The position numbers were made by a program, and so were the translations under genes. Below, in pieces: positions 36,573-47,300 of a stretch of DNA of 64,000 bases. The notes under the pieces are model-generated. The model made no database searches. It was not told the DNA's origin and was given only the letters and a program-made list of their open reading frames with translations. Position 1 is the stretch's first letter. Every line of letters begins with the position of its first letter. Source of the stretch: Candidatus Binatia bacterium (GTDB taxonomy: Bacteria; Desulfobacterota; Binatia; HRBIN30); assembly GCA_038245295.1 (NCBI GenBank), contig JBBRSP010000001.1:32001-96000 (forward strand). Direction: 5' to 3'.

Positions 36573-37601
36573 TTATGTACGCGTCGCTTCAACGATGCTG
36601 AGGGGCGATGTTGTTGGCAGGACTCGCTTCAGCGTCAGCCCCGCCTTGGCCATCACCTTCTGAAATTCCAGCTTGGTGCGCTCCTGGCCGCCGGGAACAA
36701 CCATCATGTTGATGTCGAGCAGTTTACCCCAGTCGGCTCCATTGCCCGGTGGAATGACGTGCTCGACAACCAATACGCGGCCGTCGCGTTTCATCCCTTC
36801 ACGGCAATTGCGCAAGATGCGAATTGCCTTCTCATCGTCCCAATCATGGATGATGTACTTCAGGACGTACAGGTCGGCCCCAGCCGGCACTTCGCGGAAG
36901 AAGTCGCCACCCACGGTGGCGCAGCGACCGCGAATCACCGGGTTGGTAATGAAGCCGCTGTGGGTTGCCGCCGACACAACGGCCGGCTGATCATACAGCA
37001 CGCCACGTAGGTTGCGATGTTGCGTCAGGATCTCGGAAACCAGGTGTCCGTGGGCGCCGCCAACGTCGACCATCGTCGAGAACTTGCTGAACGGATACGC
37101 CTGCGCGACGGCGGCATTCTCGGGGCCCGAAATGCTGGCCATCGAAGCCGAGAACTCGCGTTCCTTCTCGGGGTGCTGCTGCAGGTAGGCGAAGGCAGGC
37201 ATCTTGTGGACATGATCGAAGGGTAACTCGCCGGTACGGATCCCGTGTTCCAAGGCGCCCCAGGCGGCCCAGTTGTAGTTGTCGACGACCATCAGGGCGA
37301 AGGGCCGCAAGGAGCCCGGTTCATTGCGCTTCAACGTCTCGGCCAGCGGCGTCATGCGAAATTTGCCGTCGGGCGTCTCGGCGAAAATATCGACACTGGC
37401 GAGGGCTCGTAGCAGGCGTCGCACATACGGCGGATGCGCCCCCACCTTCTTGGCGATCGCCGCCGGCGCCATGGCGCCGCGGCCGAGCGCGTCGGCGATT
37501 CCCAAACGTGCGGCGACAAAGATCAGCTGCGAAACCCAATAGCCGGTGAGGAGGCCAAGCATCTGCTCGTTGGCAGATGGACGGCGGCGAGCGGTGGGCA
37601 T
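36573..37601 (-). CDS. O-methyltransferase (dimerisation + methyltransf_2 domains)
   Basis: VDVGGAHG, GGDFF, LKYIIHDWDD, GGQERT. Confidence 0.9.
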   Translation of the reverse strand: MPTARRRPSANEQMLGLLTGYWVSQLIFVAARLGIADALGRGAMAPAAIAKKVGAHPPYVRRLLRALASVDIFAETPDGKFRMTPLAETLKRNEPGSLRPFALMVVDNYNWAAWGALEHGIRTGELPFDHVHKMPAFAYLQQHPEKEREFSASMASISGPENAAVAQAYPFSKFSTMVDVGGAHGHLVSEILTQHRNLRGVLYDQPAVVSAATHSGFITNPVIRGRCATVGGDFFREVPAGADLYVLKYIIHDWDDEKAIRILRNCREGMKRDGRVLVVEHVIPPGNGADWGKLLDINMMVVPGGQERTKLEFQKVMAKAGLTLKRVLPTTSPLSIVEATRT

Positions 37602-37649
37602 GCGGTTTCTTCCTTCCTGGATCTGCAAAAAACACCAGACGGGGCAAAA

Positions 37650-38507
37650 TCAGTTGCGACGAATCGCCTTACTGAGCCACGCCATCGCAAGGCCGAGGCC
37701 AAGCAGTGTTGCCACAACTTGACCCGGCGGGAAATCTTCATAGTTCGCGAGGATGAAGCCGAGAGTCGACCCACCCAGCGCCACCAACGGGGCCACCCAG
37801 AACATGTGGCGCACTTCACGGCACAAATTCTTGGCAATCAACGCCGGCAACACCAAGCAGCCGAAGGTGAATAGCATGCCGGAAACATGCATGGACAGAC
37901 CCACGGACAGCCCTAGCCAGATGGCAATCCCGCGCTGCCACCGGCTCACCGGCACCCCCACCGCGCCTGCCATCTCAAGGTCCATCAACAAAAGAACAAT
38001 CGTCGGCAGAAAGCCTGCGAGCAACACCAGGGTCACGACGTTGAGCAGCAGGAACGCCGCAACGTCGGTGTTGGTGGCGCCGATGATCGTGCTCGACAGC
38101 AGCCGATGAACCTCCTCGAGACCGTGCGGGCTCTGGGACAGCAGCAGAATCGCCGCGCTGGCGGAGACCACGTAAACCCAGCCGGTGACCGCTTCGTGGG
38201 TTTCGGACGTGGCGTGGGTGCCGCTGCGCGAGGTGATCAGGGCGCCGAGGATGGCGAACAGTCCGCCGCACGACGCCAACAGCGCATCGCTGCCGCACCA
38301 TTCGCAGGCCATCGATTCGCCCCAACTCGCCAACCACATGCCCACGGCGATGCCGAGCATTGAAGCATGCGATACGGCGGCGCCGATGAAGATCTGGTCG
38401 CGCGCCACCACGGCGACGCCAACCAGGGACAGCAGCAGGGCGATGAGCCAGCCGGCGATGTAGGTGTCGTGGAACAGGGGCCACGAGCTCAGGAAGGCGC
38501 TGATCAA
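37650..38507 (-). CDS. Metal ABC transporter permease (ZnuB/MntB-like)
   Basis: Multi-TM; RDQIFIGAAVSHASMLG; ATGA-type overlap with the ATPase. Confidence 0.85.
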   Translation of the reverse strand: MISAFLSSWPLFHDTYIAGWLIALLLSLVGVAVVARDQIFIGAAVSHASMLGIAVGMWLASWGESMACEWCGSDALLASCGGLFAILGALITSRSGTHATSETHEAVTGWVYVVSASAAILLLSQSPHGLEEVHRLLSSTIIGATNTDVAAFLLLNVVTLVLLAGFLPTIVLLLMDLEMAGAVGVPVSRWQRGIAIWLGLSVGLSMHVSGMLFTFGCLVLPALIAKNLCREVRHMFWVAPLVALGGSTLGFILANYEDFPPGQVVATLLGLGLAMAWLSKAIRRN

Positions 38508-39256
38508 TCGTGCCCCCCAACGGAGTGGATGTGGTCGATGTCCTGACCGTACACAGCCCGCAGATTTTCCGCGGTGAGTGTACTTGCGGTCGGGCCGGCG
38601 ACAACCTTGCCGCGGTGAAACAGCGCCACGTGCGTGGCGTATTGTCGTGCCATACCGAGATCGTGGGTCACCATGATCATGGCAATGCGGCGCTCCTGGC
38701 GCAGCTGCGCCAGCCCTTTGAGGAGTCGCGACTCGGACGACGGATCGAGCCCGGTTGTCGGTTCGTCGAGGATCAAAATATGTGGATCACGGATCAATGC
38801 TCGAGCAATCAACGCACGCTGGCGCTGCCCGCCCGAGAGAGCCCAGTAACTGCGGTCCTCCAGCCCGGCGAGATCGACCCACGCCAAGGCCGCCGCCAGG
38901 CGATCCTCACTCGAACCGGTTGAGATGCCGACCAGGCCGAGACCGACGAATTCGCGGATGGTCGTCGGCAAGGTGCGATTCAGCTCACAACGCTGCGGCA
39001 CAAAGCCGATTCGCTCCAGGCTTGCTTCGGTCGGGTGGCGCCATAACGTACCGCCGCGAATCGGCAGCAGTCCCAGAACGGTGCGCAGGAATGTCGTCTT
39101 GCCGGCGCCGTTCGACCCCAGGAGACACCAGAACTCGGCGCGACGAACCTCGAACGAGCAATCGGCGACGACGAGGTCGCGGCCGTAACCCAGTTGCAGG
39201 TGCGAGGCGCTCAGCAGCAACTCGGGATCGCTTCGCAGCGGGAGATCTTCGGGCAC
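38504..39256 (-). CDS. Metal ABC transporter ATPase (ZnuC-like)
   Basis: GSNGAGKT, GFVPQ, LSGGQRQR, ILDEPT, VTHD. Confidence 0.9.
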   Translation of the reverse strand: MPEDLPLRSDPELLLSASHLQLGYGRDLVVADCSFEVRRAEFWCLLGSNGAGKTTFLRTVLGLLPIRGGTLWRHPTEASLERIGFVPQRCELNRTLPTTIREFVGLGLVGISTGSSEDRLAAALAWVDLAGLEDRSYWALSGGQRQRALIARALIRDPHILILDEPTTGLDPSSESRLLKGLAQLRQERRIAMIMVTHDLGMARQYATHVALFHRGKVVAGPTASTLTAENLRAVYGQDIDHIHSVGGHD

Positions 39257-39386
39257 GCTGACAGCAGTAGCAGCCAGCCTTTAGGCAGAGCAACAAATGA
39301 TCGGCCGCCTTGCGCGCGTAGCGACCACGACCAACCGAGGGTTGATCGGCGGTGGTGAGGCATTGTTCAGCACGCCCTAAAGGAAT

Positions 39387-40418
39387 TCAGCCGCGCAACA
39401 GCACATCGGCAGTCCAGCGCATGGCGCGGACCAGTCGCTCGAAGAGCGGCACGCGGTGCACCCAATGGCGCAGGAAGCGCAAAATGCGGCGCTCGACGCG
39501 GAAGCGATCCCAGGGCTGGTTCTTGGCTACGGTAGTGCCGCCGCGTTGCGATGCTTCTTCTATTGGTCTGTACAGTGTGGCGCGCGGGAAGCCCCACGTC
39601 CCCAGATCGTCATCGTCCAGCTCGTCGAGAATGGCGCGAAGTCGAATCAAATTGTGCGGCGCGCTCACCAACTCGTCCGCCCACCGGTGCAGCGAATCGG
39701 TGACCGGCCGCGTCTGACGATTGACGGTGACAGGGTCGCCGAGTCCCTTGGTCTCGTGTTTCTGGGCGCCGTACTCGACGGTTCCGGCCTCGAACGCCAG
39801 GCCCAGGAAGTCGAAGACGCGGCGCATCTCCGTCTCGGGCTGCTGTACGAGCTCTTCGTACTGGACGCGGCAGATCGGCACCGCCTGTTGGCGTAGGAAT
39901 TGCGCCATGGCCGGCACATAGCGACCCAGTATGGGGTTGAATCGTTCCGCTGCCTCGAAGTCTCCGTCGAAGAATGAGTTGGCGTACGAGCAGAAAATCG
40001 CGCCCGGATGTCGCGTCAGCACGATGTAGCGTGCCTGCGGGTAAAGCTGGCTCAGGAAGGGGAGGATCAACGCGTTGGCCGGCGTCTTGTCGAGGAAGAA
40101 GCATTTGCCGCCGCCGCGCACGTCGAGCATTCGCCCATAGAGGGTATCGGCATAGGCCCGACATGCATCGAGGTAATCGGCTTTGCCACGCGGCAGATCA
40201 GCGACGAACTCGCGTACCGCCTGGGCCGCCTGCAAGTGATCAAATGGCGCCGCATCGACATTGTCGAAGTAACCGAGATGCGCCAACGGCCCCAGGAGAT
40301 GTGGTTCGGGACGACTGTAGATCTGCGAGTGTGAACCCAGCATTCGCATCAGCAACGTTGACCCGGAGCGCGGCGGACCGATCACGAAGATCAACTGCGC
40401 CTGCCGCAACTCACTCAT
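39387..40418 (-). CDS. Sulfotransferase (sulfotransfer_3 type)
   Basis: GPPRSGSTLL, FLDKTP.N, RHP.AIFCS, YEELVQQPE. Confidence 0.9.
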   Translation of the reverse strand: MSELRQAQLIFVIGPPRSGSTLLMRMLGSHSQIYSRPEPHLLGPLAHLGYFDNVDAAPFDHLQAAQAVREFVADLPRGKADYLDACRAYADTLYGRMLDVRGGGKCFFLDKTPANALILPFLSQLYPQARYIVLTRHPGAIFCSYANSFFDGDFEAAERFNPILGRYVPAMAQFLRQQAVPICRVQYEELVQQPETEMRRVFDFLGLAFEAGTVEYGAQKHETKGLGDPVTVNRQTRPVTDSLHRWADELVSAPHNLIRLRAILDELDDDDLGTWGFPRATLYRPIEEASQRGGTTVAKNQPWDRFRVERRILRFLRHWVHRVPLFERLVRAMRWTADVLLRG

Positions 40419-40747
40419 TTCTTGCGCCTCGCCTCATCGATGTAGTCGGCGAGCAGGTTCTTCGAATGCTCAGCCTCGTGGCAGTAGACGCAAAGGTTCT
40501 CCCAGTTGCTGCCGTCGGGCGGGTTATAGTTGTGGTTGCCGTCGCGGTGATGCACGGTCAGCAGATGCAGCGTGTTGGCTTCGAATTCCCGGGCGCAGCG
40601 GGCGCAGATCCAGCCGTAGAGAGCCAGAGAGCGCTCGCGGTAACCGGCGGCGCGCTGTTGCGCCGCGTCGCGCGCTGCGCGGACGATGTCGGCACTGCTC
40701 CGGGGGGAGGTCGGCTGGCGGCGTTGTGCGGGACGAAAGCTACGCAT
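40415..40747 (-). CDS. yajD: YajD family HNH nuclease
   Basis: YRERSL..Y.WICARCAREF, LTVHHRDGNHNYNPPDGSNWENLCVYCH. Confidence 0.88.
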   Translation of the reverse strand: MRSFRPAQRRQPTSPRSSADIVRAARDAAQQRAAGYRERSLALYGWICARCAREFEANTLHLLTVHHRDGNHNYNPPDGSNWENLCVYCHEAEHSKNLLADYIDEARRKK

Positions 40748-40790
40748 GATCTGCCGCTATCTGACGCCTCATCCCGCCTCGCTTCAAGCC

Positions 40791-43226
40791 CTACGAGGCC
40801 GCGGGCAACTTGAGCACGGTGGGCTTGTCGAAGCGCAGGAATGACCAGTCGGAAGTACCGGCAGGACGGATGAACAATCGTGCGCCGACGTCGGCGGCAG
40901 CGAGAAAACGCGCCTTGGCGGTGATCGTGTGGGCTCCTGCGGTAAGAGTAATGGCCCCGTCATACGCGTGCCCGTCGAGAGTCCACGCAAATTCTGCCTG
41001 ACGTGACTCGGCAAAAAACTCGTAAGAGCCGGTCTCGTTCAGAGTGAACGTCCCATCCCATTCGACTCGGCAGTTATAGGCGCCGACACTGCCGATCCAC
41101 ATGCATTTGTCCGGTACGAATGCCCAACTCATCGCCGGCTCGAGGCGGGACAGGAAGGGGACCGGTTCATTGTTGCGGAAGTAGAGCGCCTTCAGGCCGC
41201 TGGTGGGCGCTTGCGCCGGAGGCAGAGAGTGAACGACGCAAGCGGCGTAGTCGAGATGCGGCAGGCCTTCCGGGTGACGCACCATCCGACATTGGGCGCC
41301 CGGAATCTTCTCTTGCAGCAGACTTTCGAGCTGTTCGATCTCAAACGGCTTCTGGATCAGCACATGCAGCTCGTGACCATCCGCCCGCTTGTCTGCTCCC
41401 GCGAGGAGTGGCACGACGTCCGTGGTGACAACGCCGGCGTTCCGCGTCGTGCGCCACCACGCGAAGTCATTCGGCAGCATTAGATTGCTGATGTCGCTCA
41501 CTGCCAGCATGTACGAATTGTCGGGCATCGCGTTGTAGTAGGCGATTCCCGACGTGTACGCGTTGCGGAAGACGTCTCGCACGGCGCGGCTGGTGATGGT
41601 GCGGTTGAAGAACGCATCGTAGTTGGACGCGAACGCCGCGCCGCCGACGACCAAGGCTAGCAGCGGCAGCACCCAGACGGCAACCTTGCCGAAGATCGAA
41701 CGCGCCACCGCGTCAAAGCGATCGGTCGCAAACGCGATGAGGACGAAAAGCAACGGGACAATTACTTGCAGTCGACAGACCACCAGCGTCTGCGTCAGCG
41801 TCGAACCAGCGATGAGCAACAGCAGGAAGGTGAAGGCGAAGTAACCCTGCAGACGGTGGCGCCACCAGAGGACACAGTAGAAGATCGCGATCGTGAACAG
41901 CACCCCGGTGATGGGGTCCAACATCGGCTCCAGGGGCAGGTTGTACGACTGGATGGAGTCGCCAACGTGGTTGAAGATTTTGGCCGTCTCGATCTGCCGC
42001 TCCCAGCGCAAGCGCAGCCACGAGCTCCACTCCGAGGTGTAGTAGCCCTTGTTCAGGTACGAACGCTGGTAGGCCTCCATGAAGTAGGCAGGATTGCTGC
42101 GCAGCCGATCGACAAGGATCACTAGCGGCCCGCTGAGTGCGGCGGCAGCGATGGTCATACCCATCGCTTGGATGACGACGTGCCGTCGCGCGACGACGCG
42201 TTCCTCATCCGCCGTGGCATTCCACCAGCGCCGCACGGCAACCAGGAAGCGACTGGCCAGGAAGATTCCGACGACCAAGCCAGTGGCGCGATAACCGGCG
42301 TAGGCATAGAGCGTGTAGCCGGTCCAGAAACCGATCAGCGGATAGAGCGCCAGACCGCCACGTTTGCTCTGGCGGACGCACAGCGCCCACAGGATGACGA
42401 CGATCAGTGTTGTCGGGAAAACGGCATGAGCATTCCGCGCGTAGTTCAGATGCCAGCGTGCCATGGCGAGCAGCAGCGTGCCGAACGCGGCAGCCGGCCA
42501 GGAGACGACCTGTCGGGCAATGAAATAGGTTGCCAGCACGGTCAGGCCGCTGACGATCATGAACGGTATGCGCAATGCTTCGGTGGTGGGCCCCATCCAC
42601 TTGAAGAACGGCACCGGCATCCAACGATCCAACATGAATTCCCAGGGACGTGCATTGTTCATCACGATATCCCAGGCACCCATCCCGGATTGCGGCTCTT
42701 CGATCGCGAAAAACCCATCCGCCGGCGGGAAGTAGTCGAAACGGTAGAAACGCAGGAAGAACCCAAAGGCGACGATGGCGCAAACAGCCAAGACTTCGGT
42801 GCGGCTGATCTGTGGCCGCTGGTGGGGCAGACGCCAAGGGCGATCGAGAAGCGCCAAGCCCCAGCTGCAGCTGAAGATGGATCCCGCGGCCAGCGGCGCC
42901 GCCCAGAGGAACTCAAGGTTCCAGCTGCGGAAAAGCCAGTAACAGGCGTAGACGTAGGCCGCGGCGCTCACGCAAGCGAGCAACAGACCGAAGATCCGCC
43001 GCGCGCCCCATTTTTCGGGGGCCGGGTAGATCAATGCCGGCGAAGCTGTCGGCTCCGGTGGCCCCAGAAGAATGGCGACGAGCAGGGAGCCGAGGACCAG
43101 GGCGGTCGTCGAGACCGGCCAATTGATCTGCTGGGCGACGTACCATTGGCCGACGCCAGCGGTTGCCAACCCGGCAAAAATACCAGCGACGCGCCATGGA
43201 GCAATCTTGGATGCTGCTTCTGTCAT
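40791..43226 (-). CDS. GT-C (PMT/GT39-like) polytopic membrane glycosyltransferase with C-terminal PA14-like beta domain
   Basis: Many TMs; LRFYRF..FP..F.IEE first-loop acidic pair; EALRIP; GLKALYF...WDGT. Confidence 0.7.
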   Translation of the reverse strand: MTEAASKIAPWRVAGIFAGLATAGVGQWYVAQQINWPVSTTALVLGSLLVAILLGPPEPTASPALIYPAPEKWGARRIFGLLLACVSAAAYVYACYWLFRSWNLEFLWAAPLAAGSIFSCSWGLALLDRPWRLPHQRPQISRTEVLAVCAIVAFGFFLRFYRFDYFPPADGFFAIEEPQSGMGAWDIVMNNARPWEFMLDRWMPVPFFKWMGPTTEALRIPFMIVSGLTVLATYFIARQVVSWPAAAFGTLLLAMARWHLNYARNAHAVFPTTLIVVILWALCVRQSKRGGLALYPLIGFWTGYTLYAYAGYRATGLVVGIFLASRFLVAVRRWWNATADEERVVARRHVVIQAMGMTIAAAALSGPLVILVDRLRSNPAYFMEAYQRSYLNKGYYTSEWSSWLRLRWERQIETAKIFNHVGDSIQSYNLPLEPMLDPITGVLFTIAIFYCVLWWRHRLQGYFAFTFLLLLIAGSTLTQTLVVCRLQVIVPLLFVLIAFATDRFDAVARSIFGKVAVWVLPLLALVVGGAAFASNYDAFFNRTITSRAVRDVFRNAYTSGIAYYNAMPDNSYMLAVSDISNLMLPNDFAWWRTTRNAGVVTTDVVPLLAGADKRADGHELHVLIQKPFEIEQLESLLQEKIPGAQCRMVRHPEGLPHLDYAACVVHSLPPAQAPTSGLKALYFRNNEPVPFLSRLEPAMSWAFVPDKCMWIGSVGAYNCRVEWDGTFTLNETGSYEFFAESRQAEFAWTLDGHAYDGAITLTAGAHTITAKARFLAAADVGARLFIRPAGTSDWSFLRFDKPTVLKLPAAS

Positions 43227-44215
43227 GGGCGGTTAGGTCGCAAGATCACCAGGCCATTGTCGCTCGGTAGAAGCGGGGCCACCACGGCGAAGGCCGCGAG
43301 GGCCAATCCGGTGACGGTCTGCTTGAGGCGGCCGGCGACGGTCCGTTCGCCATCCATGCGAGCCCGGTGCAGGCTGCCGCGCCAGGATAATGCCCGTTGC
43401 GGTTTCATTAAAACGACCTCGAATCCAGCGGCTCGCGCCAGGGCGGTCAGACTGTGGGGCGAATAGTAATAGAGGTGCGGAAACGGGTAGTGCACCTGAA
43501 ACATGCGCTCGAGAGGCCCGTGTGCGCCGAGTCGGTTTAGCGCCCGCGCCAGCTTGAAGACGAAACCGTTTGCCATGGGCAGCGCCATGACGACGACACC
43601 GCGTTCGGTCAAATGTTGCCGCACGCTGCGCAGGATACCGATTGGATTGGCGAGATGCTCAAACACATCGTTGAACGAGATGATCTCGAAGCTCGGCCAA
43701 TCGGCTGGCAAATCTTGGGGGAAGAACCCCGGGGTTACACGCACCCCGACTTGCGACGCGCGGGCTGCAATCTGGTCGTAGAAAAACGCGTCGGGCTCTA
43801 TGCCGTAACTCTCGTACATGGCCTCCGCGGCCATGGTAATGAACCAGCCGTTCGAGCAACCTACGTCGAGCAGTCGTCGTGGTGTTTCAGGAAACAGCTC
43901 GTTGAGACGCTGCAACGCCTGCAGGTAATTGTCCCGTCTCAACGTCGCTAGAGCTCCGTCGAACTGACTGCGATCAAGGATCAAATCGGCGACGTTTCGC
44001 GGTGCCCCGTGCAAGGCGAACAGTCCACAGGTGGGGCACTCGACAGCCTCGTAGCCTGCCAGATTGCCGAGCGAACTCGGGGAGCCTGGAGCGCCGCATG
44101 GACAGGGCAGTGTTTGGCTAGTTTGTGATGTCACAGATGACTCGGGCGGGTTGCTGACGGCAGCCACTGGCAATCGCGTTTCGACCCATTTCTGCAAGCC
44201 GCCAGCGTCTAACAT
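43223..44215 (-). CDS. Class I SAM-dependent methyltransferase with N-terminal Cys motifs
   Basis: CPCG, CPTCG, LLDVGCSNG, DVFEHLANP. Confidence 0.85.
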   Translation of the reverse strand: MLDAGGLQKWVETRLPVAAVSNPPESSVTSQTSQTLPCPCGAPGSPSSLGNLAGYEAVECPTCGLFALHGAPRNVADLILDRSQFDGALATLRRDNYLQALQRLNELFPETPRRLLDVGCSNGWFITMAAEAMYESYGIEPDAFFYDQIAARASQVGVRVTPGFFPQDLPADWPSFEIISFNDVFEHLANPIGILRSVRQHLTERGVVVMALPMANGFVFKLARALNRLGAHGPLERMFQVHYPFPHLYYYSPHSLTALARAAGFEVVLMKPQRALSWRGSLHRARMDGERTVAGRLKQTVTGLALAAFAVVAPLLPSDNGLVILRPNRP

Positions 44216-44301
44216 GGGCCTCCCGTAGCGGCAAGTTGTGCGGATCGTTCACCTTTCAGCACGAGCGAACTCGCCTGGGCCAATTCCGGCGGCCACCCCG
44301 A

Positions 44302-47300
44302 TCATGGTGTGACGGCGTTGAACCATGTGCCGGTGTTCCTCCGCGCCGACGCCGTGTAGCTCGCTTCCCAGCAGGGTGGTCCATCGCTCTTCTGCAATTG
44401 AACGATGACCGCCGGTGCTTGATTTAGGAATTGTGTTGGGCTGAGCGGCACCGGCAGCGGTAACGCCAGCCCCTTGCCGACCATGATGATCGATGCCTTG
44501 CCCGCGACACCGCTGTACAGTCGCGTCCGCAGGATCCCATCGGCTGCCTTGAGGCGATCGAGATAGCGGAATCCCGTCAATCTGGATGTCGCCCCGCATG
44601 CCTTTGTGCCGCAGATCCGCGCCGCCGGGACGAAGAATTGCCCGACCAACAATGGCGCCGGCGCATCATCATAGATGCATAACGTGTATCCGGTCGATTC
44701 AAGCGGATTGCCGAATTCAGCGGTGTCCGTCGTGGCCCCACGGGTCCATTTCCATGTCATGGAGTTGCGGGTCGGGAGCGTGGCGTACTTGAGAGAAAAA
44801 GACGACTTGAGTGAAACCCGACATCCGACGATCGGTTCAGGTGGACATCGGAATGGAGTGCCGGTTGGGCTTGGGGTTTGGGTAGGCAATGGTGGTTCTA
44901 TCTCCGTGACCGTGCCCGATGGACTCGCTGTGTGGGTGGGGCTGGGTGTTGCGGTATGGGTGCGTGTCGCTGTCGTGGTTGCGGTAACGGTCGGCGTCCG
45001 CGTTGCCGCTCCTGTAGAGGTTGGCGTCGCCGAAATTGTGAAGGTGGGTGTCGGTGTTGCCGGGGCTGCCTGCCCGCTGCCGGCGGAAAAGTGGGCGATA
45101 ATTCGTTCGGCCGACAAAGCTTGTCCGTAGAAGGCGATCTCGTCTAGCTGGCCGAAACCATTGCTCCAGCCACCGCCAGCAGCGTAACCCATCTGCCAAT
45201 GATCGCCCGCGGCCAGCGTGGTCACAGGCAATGGGGTGCCCTCCTCGACACCATTTACAAACAAGCGCACGAACCCGCCGTTGGCGGCTGTACCGACGAG
45301 ATGGTAGGTCTGGCCGGGTGTAACCGTCCTCGAGCTGGTCACGATGAGTTCGGCTGTGGAGGTCAGGAATACGCGATGCTGGAAGCGCGCTTCGCTTCCG
45401 AACCGCTGGACCGTCAACTCCTGGACGTAGTTTCCGCCAGCATTCACACGCAACACGACAACTCGCGGAGCCATCGTTCCCGAGTCTGTTCCGCTCGGCT
45501 TGAACCACGCTTCTATCGTATAGGCAGCGGTGTCTGCCGTCTGGGGTGCGATGACGGCACCATTCGCTCCATCGACCGAGATCGATTTGTCGCTCGTCGA
45601 GGTCAACAGGGATGGGAGACCCTTCCCGACGCCGGACCCGGAGTAGGCGGCGTGGAATCCACCGCCGCTCGAATCGAAGGCTATGGCACCCGACAGTTCC
45701 CCCAGATGGTAATAGCCTGTCGGGGAATCCGAGAGGACGGTTGCTGCGTAGTTCGGCCCCGCATAGGGTGTCGGCGTTGCAGTTGGTGTGTGGGTGCCGT
45801 CACGCGTCGGCGTCGGTTGCGGGTTCGGGAAGGTCAACTTCTCAAAGGGTGTCTTGTAGATCAGCAGGCGCGACCAGTCTGTATCGTAGAGGTAGAGGTT
45901 TCCTTCGCTATCGAAGAACGGGCTCCCCGACGCGAAGCCGGTGAAGTCGCCAAGCGCCAGTTGTGGCAGGGTGCTCGCCAGAGGCGCCGTGAAGAGCAAC
46001 GGGTACCTGGTGGCGGCATACGGGTTATTCGGCAGAATCATGTATCCTTGGGGCGAGAAGGCCGGTTTGAGCGGGCTGATCAACGGATCTTGACTCGCGG
46101 CGGTTCCTTGCGTCGTGAAGCTTCCGCCTGTGCCGTAGACTCGGGTCGCATTGGGCGCGACCAGAGCCAATGTCCCCGTCGATGCCGGAAATGCACTCGC
46201 GTCGAACTCCAATAGCCGATGAGTCGATCCACCCTCACCACCATTGTCGGAGACGAAGAGATTGCCGCTCGCGTCGAGCGAGACATAGTAAGGTACGCAA
46301 AGGGTATTCGCCGTGGGCGCAGAATCGTGACCGTTGCAACCGGAGGACGTTGGCGACGGTTGGCCAAGAATGACGTCGACGTAAGCGCCCGTCGATACGT
46401 TGCGCAGACCCTTGAGATTGACGACACGATAAACGCGGCTGTTTGTCGAGTCGGCAATCCAGACCTCGTCACCGTTTGGAGTCGCGGCGAAGTCGATAAA
46501 GTCAGCCCCTGCCGTGGTCATGAGTGTGCCCGGGAACCCGAGCACTGGATAGCCGGTGAAACCGGCGGCGGCATTCAAACCGATCGTGCGCGCCGGCTTG
46601 CACCCGCCACCCATACAATTGCCGAGCTGGCTGCTGAACACGAGAATCTCGTCCTTGGGGTTTTGCGTGTGCATGACCCACAGTTCGGTCCCGACGATTT
46701 GTGGAAACGCGAAGTAGTTCTGGAACGTTGCCGTGTACAAGTCGGTCTCGCCGAGGACGTCATCCGCTGCCATGTGCGTGGTCGCAAACGCCAGATCGAA
46801 GCCGTTCCAAATTAGAAGCCGATGCCCATCGGCGACGACTAGTTGATCGCCGTACAGGGCACCGCCAAATCCAAAACGAAGATCGTCGGGGCCGATGCCG
46901 GCTCGAGTCTTCGGGAAGACCTGCTGTGCACTCTGTAGCTGTGAACTGGGGCTCTGGCCGAACAGAGAGCGGCGGAACCGCAGCAGCTGGCCGGTATTCC
47001 CAGCCCATTTGTCCAAAGCCAGGAGGTCACCGCTCGGATCCGTCCCACTGCCGTATAGGACAGGCACCTGGGTGGTCGAGAGCTTGGTCAGAGAAGGGCT
47101 ATCGAGATCGAAACGATCCAAATAGAAGCAGTCATTGCCAACCCACAATGCATGACTCACGGAATCGATGAACAGCTCTTGGGAACGCGTGTAGTGTCCG
47201 CCGATGTCGCATGTGAGGTTGATCGGCAAAGCTCGGGCTGCGCTCATACCGGTTGTGAATCCGGGCCTGAACTCCAGTACGCGCGAGACCCCCGAAAAAT

